64,000 nt of DNA from Akkermansia sp. (GTDB lineage: Bacteria > Verrucomicrobiota > Verrucomicrobiia > Verrucomicrobiales > Akkermansiaceae), in the NCBI GenBank assembly GCA_022787425.1, contig JALFWB010000006.1, positions 23,528 through 87,527 on the forward strand, read 5' to 3'. This document shows positions 61,178-64,000 of this stretch, piece by piece (within the stretch, counting starts at the first letter, position 1; every line of letters begins with the position of its first letter). The notes beneath the pieces are model-generated. The model was not told the origin of the DNA, did not search any database, and saw only the letters and a list, made by a program, of their open reading frames with translations. The position numbers and the translations under genes were made by a program.

Positions 61178-62983
61178 TTAATCCCCGCTCTTCAGCACGT
61201 TGATGAAGGCCTCCTGCGGGATATTTACCTTGCCGATGGCCTTCATGCGCTTCTTGCCTTCCTTTTGCTTCTCAAGCAGCTTGCGCTTGCGTGTCACGTC
61301 GCCGCCGTAACATTTGGCCGTTACGTTCTTGCGCATGGGCGAGATGCTTTCGCGTGCGATGATTTTGCCGCCGATGCAGGCCTGAATGGCCACGGTGAAG
61401 AGCTGGCGTGGTATCACTTCCTTGAGCTTCAGGGCCAACTCGCGCCCCTGCGCCTCCGCGCGGTCGCGGTGAACAATCATCGAGAAGGCGTCCACGGGTT
61501 CACCGGCAATCATCATGTCCATTTTCACCAAGCGTGCGGCTTGGTAGCCGTCGTACTCGTAGTCCATGGAGCCGTAGCCGCGGGTGGTGCTCTTGAGTTT
61601 GTCGTTGAAGTCAACGAGGATTTCTGCCATGGGCAGGCGGCAGGTCAGCATCACGCGTGTATCGTCAATCGTTTCCGTGTGCGTCACTTCGCCGCGTTTT
61701 TCCATGACGATGCGCATGATGTCGCCGATGTATTCGGCGGGGATCATGATAAAGACCTTGACGATGGGCTCGCGTATCTCCTGAATTTCCTGCGGGTCGG
61801 GCAGGATACTCGGGTTGTCTACGGTCAGCTCCGTTCCATCGGTTTTGGTGACCTCATAAATCACGGAGGGGTAGGTGGAGATAACATCCATGTTGAACTC
61901 ACGGCGCAGTCGCTCTTGGATGATTTCCATGTGCAGCAGGCCTAGGAAACCGCAGCGGAAGCCGAAGCCGAGGGCCACGGAGCTCTCCCCCATGTAGGTG
62001 AAGGCCGCATCGTTGATCTGCAGCTTGGCCATGGCGGCTTTCAGGGCCTCGTAGTCAGCGGAATCCACGGGGTAAATGCCGGAGAAGACCATGGGGCGGA
62101 TTTCCTTGAAGCCGGGCAGGGGCTCCGGGCAGGGGGCGGCCAAGTTGGTGTAGGTATCACCTATCTTGACATCTGCGGCGGATTTCATGTTGGCGATGAT
62201 GTAGCCTACATCCCCGTTCTCCAAGGCGTCCACCGCCTGCATCTTGGGGGTGAAAATGCCCACTTCTTTTACCTCGTAGGTCTCGTTGGTAGCAAACAGC
62301 TTTACCCTGTCGCCGCGTTGCACACTGCCGCTCATCAGGCGTACATACGAGACCACGCCGCGGTAGGCGTCGTAGACGGAGTCGAAGACCAGGGCGCGCA
62401 GTTTGTTGTCCTCCGGCTCGGCGGGGGCGGGCACGCGCTGCACGATGGCTTCCAGCACTTCCTCGATGCCGATGCCTGCTTTCGCGGAGCAGAGGATGGC
62501 TTCCTCGTGCGGAATGCACACCACGTCCTCGAGCTGCTTGTAGACCTTCGGCAGGTTGGCGCTCGGCAGGTCGATTTTGTTGACCACGGGGATGATTTCG
62601 AGCTGCTGGTCCAGTGCCAAGTGCATGTTCGCCAGCGTCTGCGCTTCCACGCCTTGGGCCGCGTCCACGATGAGCACCGCGCCGTCGCAGGCCGCCAAGG
62701 AGCGGGAGACCTCGTAGGAGAAGTCAACGTGCCCGGGGGTGTCCAGCAGGTTCAGCTCGTACACTTGCCCGTCTTTAGCCTTGTAGCGCATGGTGACGGG
62801 GTGCGATTTGATCGTGATGCCTTTCTCTCGCTCCAAGTCCATGGCATCCAGCAGCTGATCCTGCTTCTCGCGCTCGCCGATGGTGTGCGTGAACTCCAGC
62901 AGACGGTCCGAGAGCGTCGTCTTGCCGTGGTCGATGTGGGCGATAATCGAAAAATTGCGCTTAAACCTTCTATCCGTAGCCAT
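61178..62983 (-). CDS. lepA: translation elongation factor 4
   Basis: [28 protein letters not shown] and NKID, plus the LepA-specific C-terminal domain. Start set at ATG 62983, 9 nt after TATAGT of a perfect TTGACA-17-TATAGT promoter. The track start at 63037 lies upstream of that promoter. Confidence 0.95.
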   Translation of the reverse strand: MATDRRFKRNFSIIAHIDHGKTTLSDRLLEFTHTIGEREKQDQLLDAMDLEREKGITIKSHPVTMRYKAKDGQVYELNLLDTPGHVDFSYEVSRSLAACDGAVLIVDAAQGVEAQTLANMHLALDQQLEIIPVVNKIDLPSANLPKVYKQLEDVVCIPHEEAILCSAKAGIGIEEVLEAIVQRVPAPAEPEDNKLRALVFDSVYDAYRGVVSYVRLMSGSVQRGDRVKLFATNETYEVKEVGIFTPKMQAVDALENGDVGYIIANMKSAADVKIGDTYTNLAAPCPEPLPGFKEIRPMVFSGIYPVDSADYEALKAAMAKLQINDAAFTYMGESSVALGFGFRCGFLGLLHMEIIQERLRREFNMDVISTYPSVIYEVTKTDGTELTVDNPSILPDPQEIQEIREPIVKVFIMIPAEYIGDIMRIVMEKRGEVTHTETIDDTRVMLTCRLPMAEILVDFNDKLKSTTRGYGSMDYEYDGYQAARLVKMDMMIAGEPVDAFSMIVHRDRAEAQGRELALKLKEVIPRQLFTVAIQACIGGKIIARESISPMRKNVTAKCYGGDVTRKRKLLEKQKEGKKRMKAIGKVNIPQEAFINVLKSGD

Positions 62984-62992
62984 GCGCGCGCC

Positions 62993-63021
62993 ACTATACA
63001 CCCCGACTGCCGCTTTGTCAA
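62993..63021 (-). promoter_or_regulatory. promoter of lepA: TTGACA-17-TATAGT, ATG 9 nt downstream
   Basis: -35 at 63021-63016, -10 at 62998-62993, ATG at 62983. Confidence 0.7.
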
Positions 63022-63055
63022 GCCGAAAATCAGCCATCCGAGTATAGTGTGCCCA

Positions 63056-64000
63056 TCAGGCCGGGGGAATGGCCGGCCACGATGCATCGACCTTGCGCTT
63101 TATCTCATCGCGCACGGCAAACAGGGGGATGTTTTCCACCCAATCCTGCTCTTGGAACCCGAGCAGGGAGAAGCGTATTCCTCGGCCTACGCCTTTGCCG
63201 CGATACGCCTCAACGAAGGTCTTGAGGGATTGGGATCGAACGTTCACTCCGGCTTTCACTTCCAGTGGCAGAATGTCCTCGCCGATTTGTGTCAAAAAAT
63301 CTATCTCAAGTCGAGAATTTTCCTTGCTGTAATAATATACCGGTACGTCATCCAAGGAGAGAAGCTGCTGTAACACGTAGTTCTCCGTGAATGAGCCGTA
63401 AAAAGTACTGAACACCCCATCGCCGATGAGCATGTTTTTGGCAGGGGTTCCGGACATGGCCCCCAACAAGCCGACATCCAGCAGGTACAGCTTGAATGCT
63501 GCCGGATCCTCATACGCTCGCATGGGTTGCTCGGGGCATTTTATCCTCGGTACACGAAGGAGGAGCCCGGCATCCACAAGCCATTGCAGGGCCGATTCAA
63601 ACTCTCTCGCCCGCGCTCCTTGTTTGATAACACCGTAGATGAATTTCTTGTTTTCCTTGCCCAGTTGCGAGGGCAGGGACTGCCACACCATGTGCACTCG
63701 CAGTGTATCGCGCCCTGCGTGCTTGGCAATGTCGGCTTCGTAGGCATTCAGAATGGATTTTTGGATGCGTCGCACCGCTATGGGATTGCGGTCTCGCACA
63801 AAGGAGACGACCGCTTCAGGCATGCCGCCCACAAAGTAGTACTGCCGCAGCAGTTCCTCGTACTCTGCCCGCAGGGCGTTCAGTGAGTCGCGATCCCCTT
63901 CCTTCAGCAGTTCGTACAACGGGGCTCGCTCCATCGCCAAGAGGAACTCGTCGAAGGTCAGGGGATACATGTGCAGCATATCCACCTTGCCGACGGGGAA
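63056..64000 (-). CDS. AAA-family ATPase with DUF4143-type C-terminal domain (5' end outside window)
   Basis: The frame stays open to the window edge (…FPVGKVDMLHMYPLTFDEF...). L.PLTF.EFL and EIDFL......ILPLEVK blocks are typical of AAA_14/DUF4143 ATPases. The Walker A region is not in the window. Confidence 0.75.
   Translation of the reverse strand, partial: FPVGKVDMLHMYPLTFDEFLLAMERAPLYELLKEGDRDSLNALRAEYEELLRQYYFVGGMPEAVVSFVRDRNPIAVRRIQKSILNAYEADIAKHAGRDTLRVHMVWQSLPSQLGKENKKFIYGVIKQGARAREFESALQWLVDAGLLLRVPRIKCPEQPMRAYEDPAAFKLYLLDVGLLGAMSGTPAKNMLIGDGVFSTFYGSFTENYVLQQLLSLDDVPVYYYSKENSRLEIDFLTQIGEDILPLEVKAGVNVRSQSLKTFVEAYRGKGVGRGIRFSLLGFQEQDWVENIPLFAVRDEIKRKVDASWPAIPPA

Noticed and set aside
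1-64000. Search for CRISPR arrays, tRNA/rRNA genes, IS elements, integrases, reverse transcriptases (retron/DGR), toxin-antitoxin pairs and known defence-system genes
   Set aside because: No regularly spaced direct repeats were found. No tRNA-like T-arm/cloverleaf candidates appear in the intergenic gaps I read. No transposase, integrase or RT motifs appear in any ORF. The orphan SWIM protein and the partial DUF4143 ATPase are not sufficient evidence for a defence system.

Overview
This is a gene-dense chromosomal segment with about 56 protein-coding genes. I could not recognise any rRNA, tRNA, CRISPR array, transposase, integrase or phage module. G+C looks high, roughly 60 percent by eye (not computed). 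The protein repertoire suggests a Verrucomicrobiota (Akkermansia-like) genome, by inference only: a giant autotransporter with an MKLHLPKGLRTALL-type signal peptide, ankyrin/Sel1/TPR envelope proteins, a Minf_1886-like small protein and a eukaryote-type UGPase. Recognisable housekeeping genes are serS, lepA, dapF, aroK, feoAB, prc, an ADP-forming acetyl-CoA synthetase, Fe-ADH, agmatine deiminase, an acyl-ACP thioesterase and a SufT-like protein. They sit among many envelope genes: two TolQR/ExbBD-like operons, a GT51 PBP-like synthase, a VanX-type dipeptidase with OppABC-type genes, a YafK-type L,D-transpeptidase, an Amidase_3 and two acyltransferase_3 genes. Most very long ORFs in the six-frame track that run antisense to these genes are GC-driven shadow ORFs. 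Several track ORFs start too far upstream, because canonical promoters sit inside their 5' extensions. Main hunt results: (1) Two partly homologous promoter cassettes flanked by inverted repeats are candidate invertons. One lies upstream of the giant autotransporter and one upstream of a lower-GC acyltransferase, and in both the strong promoter currently faces away from the gene. (2) A repeated TTGnnn-17-TAnAAT promoter geometry places the start codon only 6-12 nt after the -10 box in at least 14 transcription units, which implies leaderless mRNAs. (3) A Tol-like motor, a giant TPR protein and a PBP-like synthase share one operon, and the PBP-like protein has lost all three transpeptidase motifs. 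(4) A four-gene translationally coupled envelope operon of unknown function ends in an L,D-transpeptidase-family gene. Several smaller oddities are listed separately. No database search or computation was possible; all family calls rest on motifs read from the translations.
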